This document shows, in pieces, positions 10,218 through 20,200 of a stretch of 64,000 bases of DNA. The notes under the pieces are model-generated. The model ran no database searches. It saw only the letters and a list, made by a program, of their open reading frames with translations, and had not been told where the DNA came from. The translations under genes and the position numbers were made by a program. The stretch comes from an uncultured Gemmataceae bacterium (GTDB taxonomy: Bacteria > Planctomycetota > Planctomycetia > Gemmatales > Gemmataceae), in the NCBI GenBank assembly GCA_963750165.1, contig CAVVPN010000003.1, positions 3,296,001 to 3,360,000 on the forward strand, read 5' to 3'. Numbering within the stretch: position 1 is the stretch's first letter; every line of letters begins with the position of its first letter.

Positions 10218-10529
10218 TGGGAGAGCCTTTCGTCGCGGGAAATCCGAGTGCGACGCTGACCGGCCGGCGGAGGCGGGTCGCGCGCTTCAGGCGGGCAGAA
10301 ACCGGGGGCGAAGGCGATTCACTAACCCCTCATGGTATCCGCGTCACAGTGGTTGTCAATCGGCAGGCGGCCGCAGGGTCGTTCCCCAGAAGCGCGCTCA
10401 GGGGTATAATAGAGACAGTGCCAGGGAGGGTTTTCATCTCGTTTCATTTCACACCCCCCCTGTCAGCCCCAGGGGACGCGCAGGTTCCCTACCCTCGACC
10501 TCCGGTCGCTGACACTCCCGGCTCGCCAA

Positions 10530-11510
10530 TCAACCATTCAGCGCCGTCTGCACCGCCGCCAGCACGCGCGCCTTCGCCTCCGGCAGCGCCGCCTCGATAA
10601 TGGCCCCGGACGCCAGGCGGTGACCGCCGCCGCCGAACAACTCCGCGACCTTCGCCACGTCCACGCGCGCCCGCGACCGCAGGCTCACCTTGACGCCGCC
10701 GCGCGGCTGCTCCATGAAGAACAGCCCGACCTCGACGCCGCTGATGCTGCGCGTGAAGTTCACCAGGTCCTCGGTGTCCTGCGGCACCGCGCCGGTGGCG
10801 GCGTAGTCGTCGCGGTGGATTTCCGTGAACGCGACGCGACCGCCCTCGATCACCTGCAGCCGGCCCAGCGCCAGGCCCATCAGCCGCAGCCGCGCCAGTG
10901 TGCTCTGCTCGAACAGGTGCTCGTAGAGCTGCGTCGGCTGTGCCCCGGCCCGGACCAGCTGCTCGGCCAGCGCGAACGTCGCGGGGCTGGTGTTGGAGTG
11001 GCGGAACCAGCCCGTGTCCGTCGCCACGGCGGCGAACAGATGGTTCGCGGCCGCCGCCGACAGCCGATCCCCCAGCACCGCCACGGCCTCGAAGACGAGC
11101 CGGCCGGTCGCCTCCGCGGTCGTGTCCACCAGGCGCACCGCCCCCAAGTCGTCCTGCGAGACGTGATGGTCGATGACCACCTTGGACACGTTCAATTGTC
11201 GCAAAAACGGCCCGAAGTCGCCGAGCTGGTTCCAGGTGCCGGTGTCAAGGACGACGACCACCTCGGCACCGAGCCAGGCATCGCCGGGCGGCTCGAAACG
11301 CTGAATGCGGCGGCGGGGGTCGAGGAAGTCATAGCGTGGCGGCCAGGCGCTGGCGATGACCAGCTGCACCTGTTTGCCGCGCCGCTCCAGCACGTCGGCC
11401 AGGGCCAGCTGCGAGCCGAGGCCGTCGGCGTCGGGGCGGACGTGCGTGGTGAGCAGGAAGCGTTGGTGCCGGTGTACCAGATCGACCAGCGGGGCCCAGT
11501 CTAGCGGCAT
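10530..11510 (-). CDS. nrnA: DHH/DHHA1 oligoribonuclease / pAp phosphatase NrnA
   Basis: HVRPDAD, IDHH, TDTG, SLRS, GGGH motifs. Confidence 0.9.
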   Translation of the reverse strand: MPLDWAPLVDLVHRHQRFLLTTHVRPDADGLGSQLALADVLERRGKQVQLVIASAWPPRYDFLDPRRRIQRFEPPGDAWLGAEVVVVLDTGTWNQLGDFGPFLRQLNVSKVVIDHHVSQDDLGAVRLVDTTAEATGRLVFEAVAVLGDRLSAAAANHLFAAVATDTGWFRHSNTSPATFALAEQLVRAGAQPTQLYEHLFEQSTLARLRLMGLALGRLQVIEGGRVAFTEIHRDDYAATGAVPQDTEDLVNFTRSISGVEVGLFFMEQPRGGVKVSLRSRARVDVAKVAELFGGGGHRLASGAIIEAALPEAKARVLAAVQTALNG

Positions 11511-11802
11511 GGACTACCCTTCGTGAGGTGTGGGCGAAAGTAATTGATGCTTCAATTATAGCCTGCGCCGCGGCAGTCGCCCATTGGGGCGGAAGAGCAG
11601 TCGTTACGGATCAGCGAAAAGCGCGGGCTACGTTGGGAAGAAGCGAAAGGATTTGTCCGGCAGCAGGCTTGCGAAGCCCGATTTGTGGTGCATAAGAAGA
11701 GTGTTCCTGGTGGGAACCACGGGTGTGGGCGATAGGCCATGGACCTCACGGTTACGGGATTGTCATCCAACCGGCACGATGCCGGCACTCTCCCGAATAT
11801 CC

Positions 11803-12016
11803 TAGCGCGGTTCGCAGTTGTGTGGCCCACGAAGGGCAGGCCAGTGCTCCCGAACCGTCCTGCAAACTGCGCGAGCCGCTCCCAGGCTCGAATCTCGACG
11901 TGTGAAAAAGTTGGCCCCCTTGGCCTCCTTGGCCCCCTTGCTATGGCAGCGCAGGCCGCTGGAGGTCAGCCCGTGCCCGCCGACACTTGTGCGCAAACCG
12001 TGCGTGAACCGCGCTA
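11803..12016. mobile_element. about 210-bp MITE-like repeat, copy 1
   Basis: 11-bp perfect terminal inverted repeat TAGCGCGGTTC/GAACCGCGCTA; closely similar inverted copy at 35656-35863. Confidence 0.75.
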
Positions 12017-12147
12017 AAGGATACCGCCAGTGGCCCACCAGGGACACTCTTACCTTCCAGAGAATAACCAATCCATTCTCAGGACACAAGACGGCCTTAT
12101 TTCAGAAGCCGTCTCCCCGACTGCTTCGGGCCCGCACAAAACGCAAA

Positions 12148-12954
12148 TCAGGCATCCACGGAACCGGAAACCGCGCTTGCGGCTGTTTGCCGCGCCGACG
12201 CTGCCCCCGAGTTCGCCAGCCGCACCCGCGCCGTGGTGACCTGCGCTGCCTGCGCCGGCTGGCGGCCCAGCAGCACCCGCGACCACCAGAACGGCAGTAG
12301 CACCGCCAGCGTCCGCGGGATGTCCGCCAGCGACACCTTGCTGCCGCCGCGCAGCCGTGGACGGTGCGTCACCGCCGCCTCCGCCACCGCGAAGCCCAGT
12401 TGCCGCGCGCGCGTCAGCATCTCCGTGTTGACGAAGTAGCCGCGCGACTCCGGCAGCAGCAGCGCCAGCGCCTCGCGGCGAAACACCTTCAGCGCACAGT
12501 CCACATCGCGCACGCGCGTGCCGAGCAACCGCCGCACCAGCACGTTGTAGCCCCACGAGTAGAACCGTCGCCGCCAGGGATCCTGGCGGTGCCGCCGATA
12601 GCCGACCGCCACCGGCCGCGCGTCCGTCAGCGGCACCAGGCGGCCCAGGTCGGCCAGGTCGAACTGGCAGTCCGCGTCGGTGAACGCCACGCGCTCGCAG
12701 CGCACCGCCTCGAAGCCGGTGCGCAGGGCGGCGCCGTAGCCGCGGTTTTTGTCGTGGCGCAGCAACCGGACGCACGGGCGACCCACGGCGGCCGCGGCGG
12801 CAACCGCGGCGGTGCGGTCGGTGCTGCCGTCGTCCACGACCAGGATTTCGTAGTGATCGGTGAGGCGGCGCAGGATGTCGTCCGCCTCGGCGATGGCCTG
12901 AGCGATGCCCGCTTCTTCGTTGTAGGCCGGCAAGATGAGTGATAAACCGTCCAT
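12148..12954 (-). CDS. glycosyltransferase family 2 (DPM1/ArnC-like)
   Basis: LPAYNEE, VDDGSTD, NRGYGAA, FTDAD, DVDCALK motifs. Confidence 0.9.
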   Translation of the reverse strand: MDGLSLILPAYNEEAGIAQAIAEADDILRRLTDHYEILVVDDGSTDRTAAVAAAAAVGRPCVRLLRHDKNRGYGAALRTGFEAVRCERVAFTDADCQFDLADLGRLVPLTDARPVAVGYRRHRQDPWRRRFYSWGYNVLVRRLLGTRVRDVDCALKVFRREALALLLPESRGYFVNTEMLTRARQLGFAVAEAAVTHRPRLRGGSKVSLADIPRTLAVLLPFWWSRVLLGRQPAQAAQVTTARVRLANSGAASARQTAASAVSGSVDA

Positions 12955-13013
12955 GGTTCTCAGTCCTCCCGGGCGGAGATTACCATCCCCAGCCCGGGAA
13001 TACCAGACGAACA

Positions 13014-13112
13014 GGATTCACCACAAAGACACAAAGGACACAAAGAAGACAGAAGAAATTAATTTAATTTCTTCTGTCTTCTTTGTGTCCTTTGTGTCTT
13101 TGTGGTGAATCC
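13014..13112. repeat. long palindrome built of roughly 9-bp-periodic CACAAAG units
   Basis: 48-bp inverted arms around a 3-nt centre; related to 31739-31863, 34234-34334 and 47382-47494. Confidence 0.85.
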
Positions 13113-13118
13113 CTCTTC

Positions 13119-14165
13119 CTATCGTTGGAAGATGGGCAGGTAGTTGGCCGGCACCGACAGCACGATGACGGCGATGCTGGTCTGGTAGACCGGCCCAACC
13201 TCACCGCGGCTGACGTGCGTCCAGCTGCCGTCCTTGGACTGCATCTTCAGAAACTGCTGGCTGATGTGCGTGTACCAGTCGTCCCACTCACGACCGCCGA
13301 CGCGGTGCATGGCGTGGGCGGCGTAGTAGTGGCCGTAGAAGTAGTGCATGTACTCGTTGGAGCGGTTCTTCAGGAACGTGATCGCCTTGGGCATTTCCGC
13401 CTTGGTGAAGCGCTTATTGGATTCGTCCTCCTCCTTGCCGCCCTCGCGCTTGCGGTCGCCCTCGGTCAGGAACAGAATGCACAGGCCCGCCGCGGTGCGG
13501 GCGAAGCCGGGCGCCCCGCCGCCCGCCTGGTACGAGAAGCCGCCGGCGTTCTTGTTGTAGCAGCGGTCGATGTAGCCGAGCGCCTTCTTCATAGTCTCCT
13601 TGGGCACCGCCATGCCGGCGTTGTTGGCGGCGCGCAATGCCATCACCTGCATGACCGTGATGGAGATGTCCGAGCCGCTCGGGTACGGTTGGTAGCGCCA
13701 GCCGCCCTCGGGGCTCTGGCACTTGATAATCAGATCGACCGCCTTCTTCAGGACCGGTTTAATATCCTCGTTGTTGGTCGAGCCCCACAGTTCCGCCAGG
13801 GCCAGCGTCGCCATGGCGTGGCAATACATGTTGCCGCCCTGGCCGCCGACCAGGTAGCCGTCGTTCGGCCGCGAGCAGCTGATGAGGAAGCGGGCGCCCT
13901 TGGACACCTCGGGGCCAAACTGGCCCTGGTTGGGCAGGTGACCCTGCGACATGAACGCCAGCAGCGCGAAGGCGGTGATGGCGGTGTTGTGCGAGTAGCC
14001 GCCATCGCTCCAGGAACCGTCCTGGTTCTGCCTGGCGGCGAGCCATTCCAGAGCCTTGGCGGTGGCCTTCTTGGTTTTCTCATCCATCTTCACGTCGGCC
14101 GACGCAGGGCCAGCGAACGTGACAACCAGCACCGCGGCGGCGCCGACACTGAGGAACCAGCGCAT
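13119..14165 (-). CDS. exported prenyltransferase/squalene-oxidase-repeat (alpha/alpha barrel) protein
   Basis: Signal peptide; QW-type repeats QNQDGSW, QSPEGGW, QSKDGSW; SDISIT. Confidence 0.85.
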   Translation of the reverse strand: MRWFLSVGAAAVLVVTFAGPASADVKMDEKTKKATAKALEWLAARQNQDGSWSDGGYSHNTAITAFALLAFMSQGHLPNQGQFGPEVSKGARFLISCSRPNDGYLVGGQGGNMYCHAMATLALAELWGSTNNEDIKPVLKKAVDLIIKCQSPEGGWRYQPYPSGSDISITVMQVMALRAANNAGMAVPKETMKKALGYIDRCYNKNAGGFSYQAGGGAPGFARTAAGLCILFLTEGDRKREGGKEEDESNKRFTKAEMPKAITFLKNRSNEYMHYFYGHYYAAHAMHRVGGREWDDWYTHISQQFLKMQSKDGSWTHVSRGEVGPVYQTSIAVIVLSVPANYLPIFQR

Positions 14166-14201
14166 ATCAATCCTCCCAACCAGTAAGGACCGCCGGACAA
14201 A

Positions 14202-14271
14202 ACCCGTCTCCGTTGATGATTCGTGGGGCAGACATTCCTGTCTGCCCCACGAATCATCAACGGAGACGGGT
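14202..14271. repeat. perfect 70-bp hairpin containing the GTGGGGCAGACATTCCTGTCTGCC REP
   Basis: 33-bp arms and a 4-nt loop; REP core repeated at 55512-55572. Confidence 0.85.
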
Positions 14272-14296
14272 GGTTATCCGCCAACTCCAAGGGGGG

Positions 14297-17200
14297 TTAC
14301 TTCTTCTGCGTCGGCATCGGCGCGGGGGCGTTGGCCACCGGCCGGCCGCGAGCGATGTTGGCGAAGTACTGCTGGATCAGGTTGGCGTACTCCGGCGGCA
14401 GTTCGCCGCTGAGCGCCTGGCGAATCATCTCGCGCTGCCGCGGCGGCAGGTCGAGCAGGGAGGCGTCGTTGAGCACGTCGTTCAGTTTCGACTTCTCATT
14501 GCTGACCTTGCCGTCAGCGATGCGGTCGCCGCTGCCCTTCGTGTCATTTCTCTCCTGGCTCTTGCCCTTGCCCTTGCCTTTGCCCTGCCCCTGGCCTTGT
14601 CCCTGCCCCTGGCCTTGTCCCTGGCCCTGGCCTTGACCTTGACCCTGGCCTTGACCCTGCCCCTGGCCTTGACCCTGACCCTGACCTTCGCCCTGGCCCT
14701 GACCTTCGCCCTGACCCTGGCCTTCGCCCTTGCCCTGGCCCTCACCCTTCTGAGCCTGGGCCATCTGCGCCTGTTGCATGGCCTGCTGGGCCTGCTTCAT
14801 CTGCTGGGCGGCCTTCTGCTGCGCCTGACCGGCCTGGCCGGGCTGACCCTGACCGAGCTGACCCTGCGCCTGGTTCAGGTTCTGGGCGGCCTGCTGCAGT
14901 TGCTTCTGCACCTGCTGCGGCGCCTGGGCCTGGGCCTGACCGAGGGCGCCCTGGGCGGCCTGCGTCGCCTGCTGCGACTGGGCCGCGGCCTTGGTCGCGT
15001 CCATCAGCTTCTGCTGCGCCTGCGCTAGCTGGCCGGGCGTCTTGGCGTCACCGGGTTGCGGGGCGCCCTGCTGGCCCTGACCCTGCTTGGGCTGGCCCGC
15101 CTGGGCTTGCTGCGGCTGGCCCTGCTTGGCGTCGCCAGCCTTGGCCTGACCCTGCTTGGCGTCGCCGGCCTTGGGCTGGCCCTGCTTCGGGTCGCCGCCC
15201 TTGGCCACGTTGTCCTTCGGCTGCCCTTCCTTGGCCTGACCCTGCTTGGGGTCGCCCTGCTTCGGGTCGCCGGCCTTGGCCTCGCCCTGCTTGGGATCGC
15301 CCTCCTTCATGTCGCCCTGCTGCTTGGCCTCGCCCTGCTTCTGGTCGCCCTGCTTGGGGTCGCCCTGTTTCGCCTCGGACGGCTGGGCCTGGTTCTGCTT
15401 GGCCTCGCCCTGCTTGGGGTCGCCCTGCTTCGGATCGCCCTGCTTGGCCTCGGCGGGCTGTTGCTGCTTGCCGTCCATCGGATTTTGCTTGGCCTCGCCC
15501 TCCTTCGGCTGCTGCTCCATCGGCTGGCCCTTGGCGGCCTCCTGCAACTTCTCCAGGGCCTGCTTCTGCTCCTCCAGGGCCTTGTTGAAGTCGCCCTGCT
15601 TCAGCGCCTCGGCGGCCTTGTCGGCGGCCTTGTTCGCCTCGGGCTGCTTCAGCTCCGCGGCCTTGTCGGCGATGTCCTTCTGCAACTCGGCCAGATCCTT
15701 CGCGGCCTGGGCGGCCTCGTTGGCCTTGTCGGCCGCCTTCTCAGCCTGCTCGATGGCCTTCTGCAACTGCTCCTGGGCCTGCTGCGGATCGACCTTCTTG
15801 CCCTGCATGGCAATCTGGTCGGCCAGCTCCTTGCCCTTCTCATTGGCCAGCTGTTTTTGAATCTCCTTCGCCGCCTCGTCCAGCTTTTGCTTGGCGGCGT
15901 CAGCGTTCTTGGCGCCCGGGTCCGTCTTGTTATCCGCAAGTTCCTTCTTGGCGGCGTTCATGTCCTTGGCGCTGTCAGCGACCTTCTCGCCGGCCTTCGG
16001 CGCCAGCGGGTCCAGTTCCTTGCTCAGATCCTTGGCCTTCGGCTCCAACTGGCCCTGCTTGTTGGCGATGTCCTTCGGCTCCTGGGCGGTCGGGGCCTTC
16101 TGGGCGGCCTCGTTGGCCTTGTTCGCGACCTTGCCCTGCTCCTTCGCCAGCTGGTCGAGCTTTTTGGCGGCCGCTTCCAGCTTGGCGATGTCGTCGCGGC
16201 GCTTCTGCACCTCGGCGATCTGGTCTTCCAGGGCCTTCTTGGCCTCTTCCAGCGACTTGATGGCGTCGGTCTGCTTGGACATCGCCGGCGGGGCCTGCTT
16301 GTCCTCCAAATTCTTGGTCGCCTTGTCCATCGCCTTGGCGGCCTGATCCAGCGCGTTCTTCACTTCCTGCTTTTCCGGCAGCGGCGTGTCCTTCAGCTCC
16401 TTGGTCTGCTTGGCCAGATCCTTCTGGATTTCGCCAATCTGCGGCAGCTGGTCAGCCGGCGCCCGCTTGGTGTCGCTGCGAGTTTCCTTCTGCTCCTTGA
16501 TGAGCCTTTCGACCTGTTCGGCGGCGTTCTTGAGGGCCGCCAGCGGATCGACCTTCTGCTTTTCTTCCTTGGCGATCATCTTCTCGATTTCATCGCGCAC
16601 CTTTTTCATCGACTCGGCGGCCTGCTCCTGGTTGGGGTTGGCCTTGTCGAGTTCGGCGTGGCGCAACTCCTTCTCGGCGTCGCGCATGGCCTTCTGGGCC
16701 TCGCCGAGCTTGGCGGCCAGATCGGTGGAGTGCGGGTTGAGCAGGTTGCGCGTGTCGCGCGTGTCGAACTCCAGCTTCGCCTGGAAGTCGCTCAGATCCT
16801 TGGCGGCCTTGGCGACTTCGGCGGGCGTCAGCTTCTTGTCGCCCTCGGGCAGTTCCAGGCCCGGCACCCTGTCCTTCTTGCCCTTGTTGGCGGTCTCGGC
16901 CTGCTTGGGCTGGTCCTTACCGTTGACCTCCTTGGCGACCTCGGCCAGGGCTTCCTGCTCGCGGATGGACTGGTCGAGGCGGGCCTTGGCTTCCTTCAGG
17001 GCGGCCAGCTTGGCCTGCGGGTCGCGCAGGGTGCGGGCCAGCGATTGCAGGTTGCTCTCGGAGGTCCGCTGCAGCTCGTTGGCCTCCTGCCAGACCTTCA
17101 CCTGGTTGTCCAGGTCGTTCGGCCGCAGGGTGTTGAGCCGATTGGCGATCTTGACCATGTTGTCCAGAACGTCCTGCTCCTTCGCCAGATACTGCATCTC

Positions 17201-17938
17201 CTTGAGGCGGTCCTTCTGGTCGTCGGTCAGGCTGTCCTTGATCTTGTCCAGGTCTTCCAGCGTCTTGCGCACGTCCTTCATCAGGTCGGCCTGCTCGTCG
17301 GCCTGGTGCTTGACATCGAGCGGGAGGGCGTTCAGGCTTTGCATGATCTGCAGGCGCTGTTGCGGCGTCAGTTTGTTGCTCTTGTAGTCCTCGCGCTCCT
17401 TGATGAGCTGGGCCGTCTGCGTGCGTAACTGCTGCTGCTTCCTGGCGGCGTCCTCCAGGCGCTGGGCGGCCTGGTCGAGCGAGCGGATCGCCTTGTACTT
17501 GGCGATCATGGTGTCGAGGGTTTCCAGAATCTCGCGGTGCCGGGCGTAGACCTTGACGAGTTCGGTGTTGCGGACATCCTTGGGGGCCTTGGCGGCGCGC
17601 TCCAGGCCCTTGATGACCGCGGTCATCTGGTCCTGGCTCAAGTCGCCGAGAGTGCGGGTGATCTTGTTGAGGATCTGCGTTTCCTCGTTCTTGTCGAGAC
17701 GGTAGTAGGTCAGCAGCCGAATGGAAGCGTTCAGGCGGCTCACGAGTTTCTCGGTCTCTTCCTGGACCTGCTTCTGCTGCTCCTGCTTGGCGCGGAGTGC
17801 GGCCTCGGCGCGCAACTTCTCCTGCTGCGCGGTGGTGTCGTCGGTGCCGGCGCGGAGCAGGGCGTTGGTGCCCCAGGCGACCAGGACGGCCGCCACTCCG
17901 AGCACCGCCAACCGGGCCAGTCTTCGGCTGCTTAACAT
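14297..17938 (-). CDS. large exported coiled-coil protein (DUF4175-like) with KQGDP/KQGEA and (GQ)n low-complexity tail
   Basis: Signal peptide, long Q/E/K/A heptads, conserved-looking end LPPEYANLIQQYFANIA. Confidence 0.75.
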   Translation of the reverse strand: MLSSRRLARLAVLGVAAVLVAWGTNALLRAGTDDTTAQQEKLRAEAALRAKQEQQKQVQEETEKLVSRLNASIRLLTYYRLDKNEETQILNKITRTLGDLSQDQMTAVIKGLERAAKAPKDVRNTELVKVYARHREILETLDTMIAKYKAIRSLDQAAQRLEDAARKQQQLRTQTAQLIKEREDYKSNKLTPQQRLQIMQSLNALPLDVKHQADEQADLMKDVRKTLEDLDKIKDSLTDDQKDRLKEMQYLAKEQDVLDNMVKIANRLNTLRPNDLDNQVKVWQEANELQRTSESNLQSLARTLRDPQAKLAALKEAKARLDQSIREQEALAEVAKEVNGKDQPKQAETANKGKKDRVPGLELPEGDKKLTPAEVAKAAKDLSDFQAKLEFDTRDTRNLLNPHSTDLAAKLGEAQKAMRDAEKELRHAELDKANPNQEQAAESMKKVRDEIEKMIAKEEKQKVDPLAALKNAAEQVERLIKEQKETRSDTKRAPADQLPQIGEIQKDLAKQTKELKDTPLPEKQEVKNALDQAAKAMDKATKNLEDKQAPPAMSKQTDAIKSLEEAKKALEDQIAEVQKRRDDIAKLEAAAKKLDQLAKEQGKVANKANEAAQKAPTAQEPKDIANKQGQLEPKAKDLSKELDPLAPKAGEKVADSAKDMNAAKKELADNKTDPGAKNADAAKQKLDEAAKEIQKQLANEKGKELADQIAMQGKKVDPQQAQEQLQKAIEQAEKAADKANEAAQAAKDLAELQKDIADKAAELKQPEANKAADKAAEALKQGDFNKALEEQKQALEKLQEAAKGQPMEQQPKEGEAKQNPMDGKQQQPAEAKQGDPKQGDPKQGEAKQNQAQPSEAKQGDPKQGDQKQGEAKQQGDMKEGDPKQGEAKAGDPKQGDPKQGQAKEGQPKDNVAKGGDPKQGQPKAGDAKQGQAKAGDAKQGQPQQAQAGQPKQGQGQQGAPQPGDAKTPGQLAQAQQKLMDATKAAAQSQQATQAAQGALGQAQAQAPQQVQKQLQQAAQNLNQAQGQLGQGQPGQAGQAQQKAAQQMKQAQQAMQQAQMAQAQKGEGQGKGEGQGQGEGQGQGEGQGQGQGQGQGQGQGQGQGQGQGQGQGQGQGQGQGKGKGKGKSQERNDTKGSGDRIADGKVSNEKSKLNDVLNDASLLDLPPRQREMIRQALSGELPPEYANLIQQYFANIARGRPVANAPAPMPTQKK

Positions 17939-20139
17939 GAAAAGCCCCCCTTGAATTTGTGACAGGGGTCGTCCCCCCGCCACGACGGTTCCCATGCTAC
18001 CTGATGCCGGGCGATAATAAAAGCACCTAAATGGTGGATTTCCGTCAAAGGCCCCCTCACCCCAGGCCGCGTCCCCGGTTGCAAGAAACTGCTGTTCACC
18101 GGCGATACCTTCTCCTGCTGCCGGCGCAACTCCCGCAACCGATCCTCCTGCTGGATGCGCCGCTGCCGCGCCTCGTCCCAGTCCTTGACGGTCACGATGT
18201 CCTTGCCACGGATTTCCGACTTCCCCGGCGGCCGCTGGGCCGCGACCTCCGTCTCGCGGTCATACTTGCCGTCCGGGAAAACCTCCACGTAGAACTCGAT
18301 GCGGTCGCCGGGCTCCAACTCCTGGCCGACGTAGGTTTGGCCGCGACTCTTGAACGTCAATTTCGACGTTTGGAAGTTGTAGCGGCCGCCGCCCTCGGTC
18401 TTGCCGGGCATGCCGTCGCCGCGGGCGAGCACGTGGAAGCCGACGTTCTCTTCGCTGCCGCTTTTTACGAACGCCCCGCTGCGCAAATCGAACGGCCCCT
18501 TCTCCAGCGACTCCGGCTCCTCGATCAACTTCAGCGTCTGCCAGTCCTCCTCGGTGGGCAGGGGCGAATCGCCACCGCCCTCCGACGGTTTCTTGATGAC
18601 CCGGTAATACAGCGTCGCCCGCCCCAGGCTGAGCGGCCCCGTCGCCGTGTAGGCGATCTGGATCCGCTGCCCCGGGGGGAGCGGCATGCCCGTCTGGTCG
18701 TAGTCCTCGGTGAAGCCCTTGTCGCTCGGGTCGCGGATGATTTCCGGCAAGAGGGCCACCTGCGGGGCTTCCTCCGGCACCAGCCGCAGCGTGCGCACCG
18801 GGGGCGGCACGTTCTCGAAACCGTACTCATCAAACACCGTGATGCGGTGCGCGGTTTCGGTCGGCCGTAACTCGAACTCCGCCTCCGCGTACTGGTTGCC
18901 CTTCTTGTCCGTCCACACTTTCATGGGGACGGTGCGCAACACGCGCTCCTCGCGGTTGGCGTTTTGCACAGCGCGGGCCAGCACCTCGCCGCCAAGATAG
19001 TCTCGCAGATTGTCCGCCAACGTCTTGACGCCGCGGGACTGCGAATCGCTGTCGCCCAGCGGTGCCGACAGGTCCGGCAGCGGCGAACCCAGCAATTCCA
19101 GCTTACCTTTCTCAATCGGCTTCTGCACCTTGACGCGCACCAGGACGCGCTGCCGCGGCATGGTCACGATGTCGCCGGTGCCCGACAGCAACACCGGATA
19201 CGGCTTCTCGTGCCTGGCACCGCGGTTGCCGAAGCGGAGCAGCACCCACGCCTCCTGCTGCGTGATGACCGGCCGCGGCTCGAAATGCACGTAGCCCGGC
19301 TGTGATAGCCGGGCGTCGCCGACGTAGGCCCGGAAGCTGAAGTCGGCGCTCGGTGCTGGCAGCGTGACCGTGTAATACGCCTGGCCGTCTCCGGCGGGCG
19401 AGTCGTACACCAGCGGGTAATCTTCGCCGCCCTGCCCCTCCGGGGAAATGGTCGCGTTCCCCGCCACGTCTGGCCCCAGCTCCGGCCCCTTGACTAGGAA
19501 CTTGAGCGTCACCTCCTCGCCGGCCGGCCACACCTTGCGGGTCTGGCTCACCAGGGAGTAGCGGCGCGGGATGTCCACGTCCATGAGCAGTTGCCGCGCT
19601 ACCAATGCCTGGACGATCTCGGGCAGCAGAACCAACAGGGCCGCGGCCGCCAGCACCACCGGCGCCGTCACACCGGCGCTCCACGACAGCCGGCGGTGAT
19701 CGGCCACCGCGGCGAAACTCATGCCCTTGGTCTGCCGCTCCGTCTCCTGCGTGACCGCGGCGATCAGCTCCTTCGACATGCCCTCCGTTTTGGCGCCGCG
19801 CTGGTTGAGCTGCACTGTCGAGATCAGGCGGTGGCTCAGGCGCGGCGTCTTGTCCTCGACCCAGAGGGCGAGCAGGCTGTCACTGAGGCGGCGCAGGGTG
19901 GGACCGAACACCCAGACGGCCAGGATGAAGCAAGCGAGCAAAAGCTGCGCCGCGGCCAAAGCGTAGCGCAGCGGCCAGGGCGTTTCGGTGTAGCGGTCGA
20001 TGAGGTAGTCGGTCAGGCAGGCCAGGCCGAGCACGATCAGCACCACGGCCAACCAGCGCGCCGCGCCCCAGGTGAAGCGCAGCGACCGCTCGCGCCAGCG
20101 TAACCGCGACAGTTGGCGGAGGATTGTTCTCGGCACCAT
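17932..20139 (-). CDS. membrane-anchored protein (DUF4175 N-terminal-like) of the MoxR cluster
   Basis: Three N-terminal TM segments, LSHRLISTVQL motif, beta-rich periplasmic part; exact C-terminus uncertain. Confidence 0.7.
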   Translation of the reverse strand: MVPRTILRQLSRLRWRERSLRFTWGAARWLAVVLIVLGLACLTDYLIDRYTETPWPLRYALAAAQLLLACFILAVWVFGPTLRRLSDSLLALWVEDKTPRLSHRLISTVQLNQRGAKTEGMSKELIAAVTQETERQTKGMSFAAVADHRRLSWSAGVTAPVVLAAAALLVLLPEIVQALVARQLLMDVDIPRRYSLVSQTRKVWPAGEEVTLKFLVKGPELGPDVAGNATISPEGQGGEDYPLVYDSPAGDGQAYYTVTLPAPSADFSFRAYVGDARLSQPGYVHFEPRPVITQQEAWVLLRFGNRGARHEKPYPVLLSGTGDIVTMPRQRVLVRVKVQKPIEKGKLELLGSPLPDLSAPLGDSDSQSRGVKTLADNLRDYLGGEVLARAVQNANREERVLRTVPMKVWTDKKGNQYAEAEFELRPTETAHRITVFDEYGFENVPPPVRTLRLVPEEAPQVALLPEIIRDPSDKGFTEDYDQTGMPLPPGQRIQIAYTATGPLSLGRATLYYRVIKKPSEGGGDSPLPTEEDWQTLKLIEEPESLEKGPFDLRSGAFVKSGSEENVGFHVLARGDGMPGKTEGGGRYNFQTSKLTFKSRGQTYVGQELEPGDRIEFYVEVFPDGKYDRETEVAAQRPPGKSEIRGKDIVTVKDWDEARQRRIQQEDRLRELRRQQEKVSPVNSSFLQPGTRPGVRGPLTEIHHLGAFIIARHQVAWEPSWRGDDPCHKFKGGFSC

Positions 20140-20200
20140 GAAGGTCGTCTCGTGCGAAACCCGGATGTCTTTTCTGCCGCAAGCGGCGGAACAGCAAGCT

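Noticed and set aside
11802..12089. Similar short ORFs (KGAKGAKGANFF) at 11802, 35672 and 59773 as a peptide family
   Set aside because: They are translations of the non-coding repeat with inconsistent starts and stops.
13119..14165. Squalene-hopene cyclase / terpene biosynthetic cluster
   Set aside because: Single barrel with a signal peptide, no DxDD motif and no isoprenoid genes nearby.
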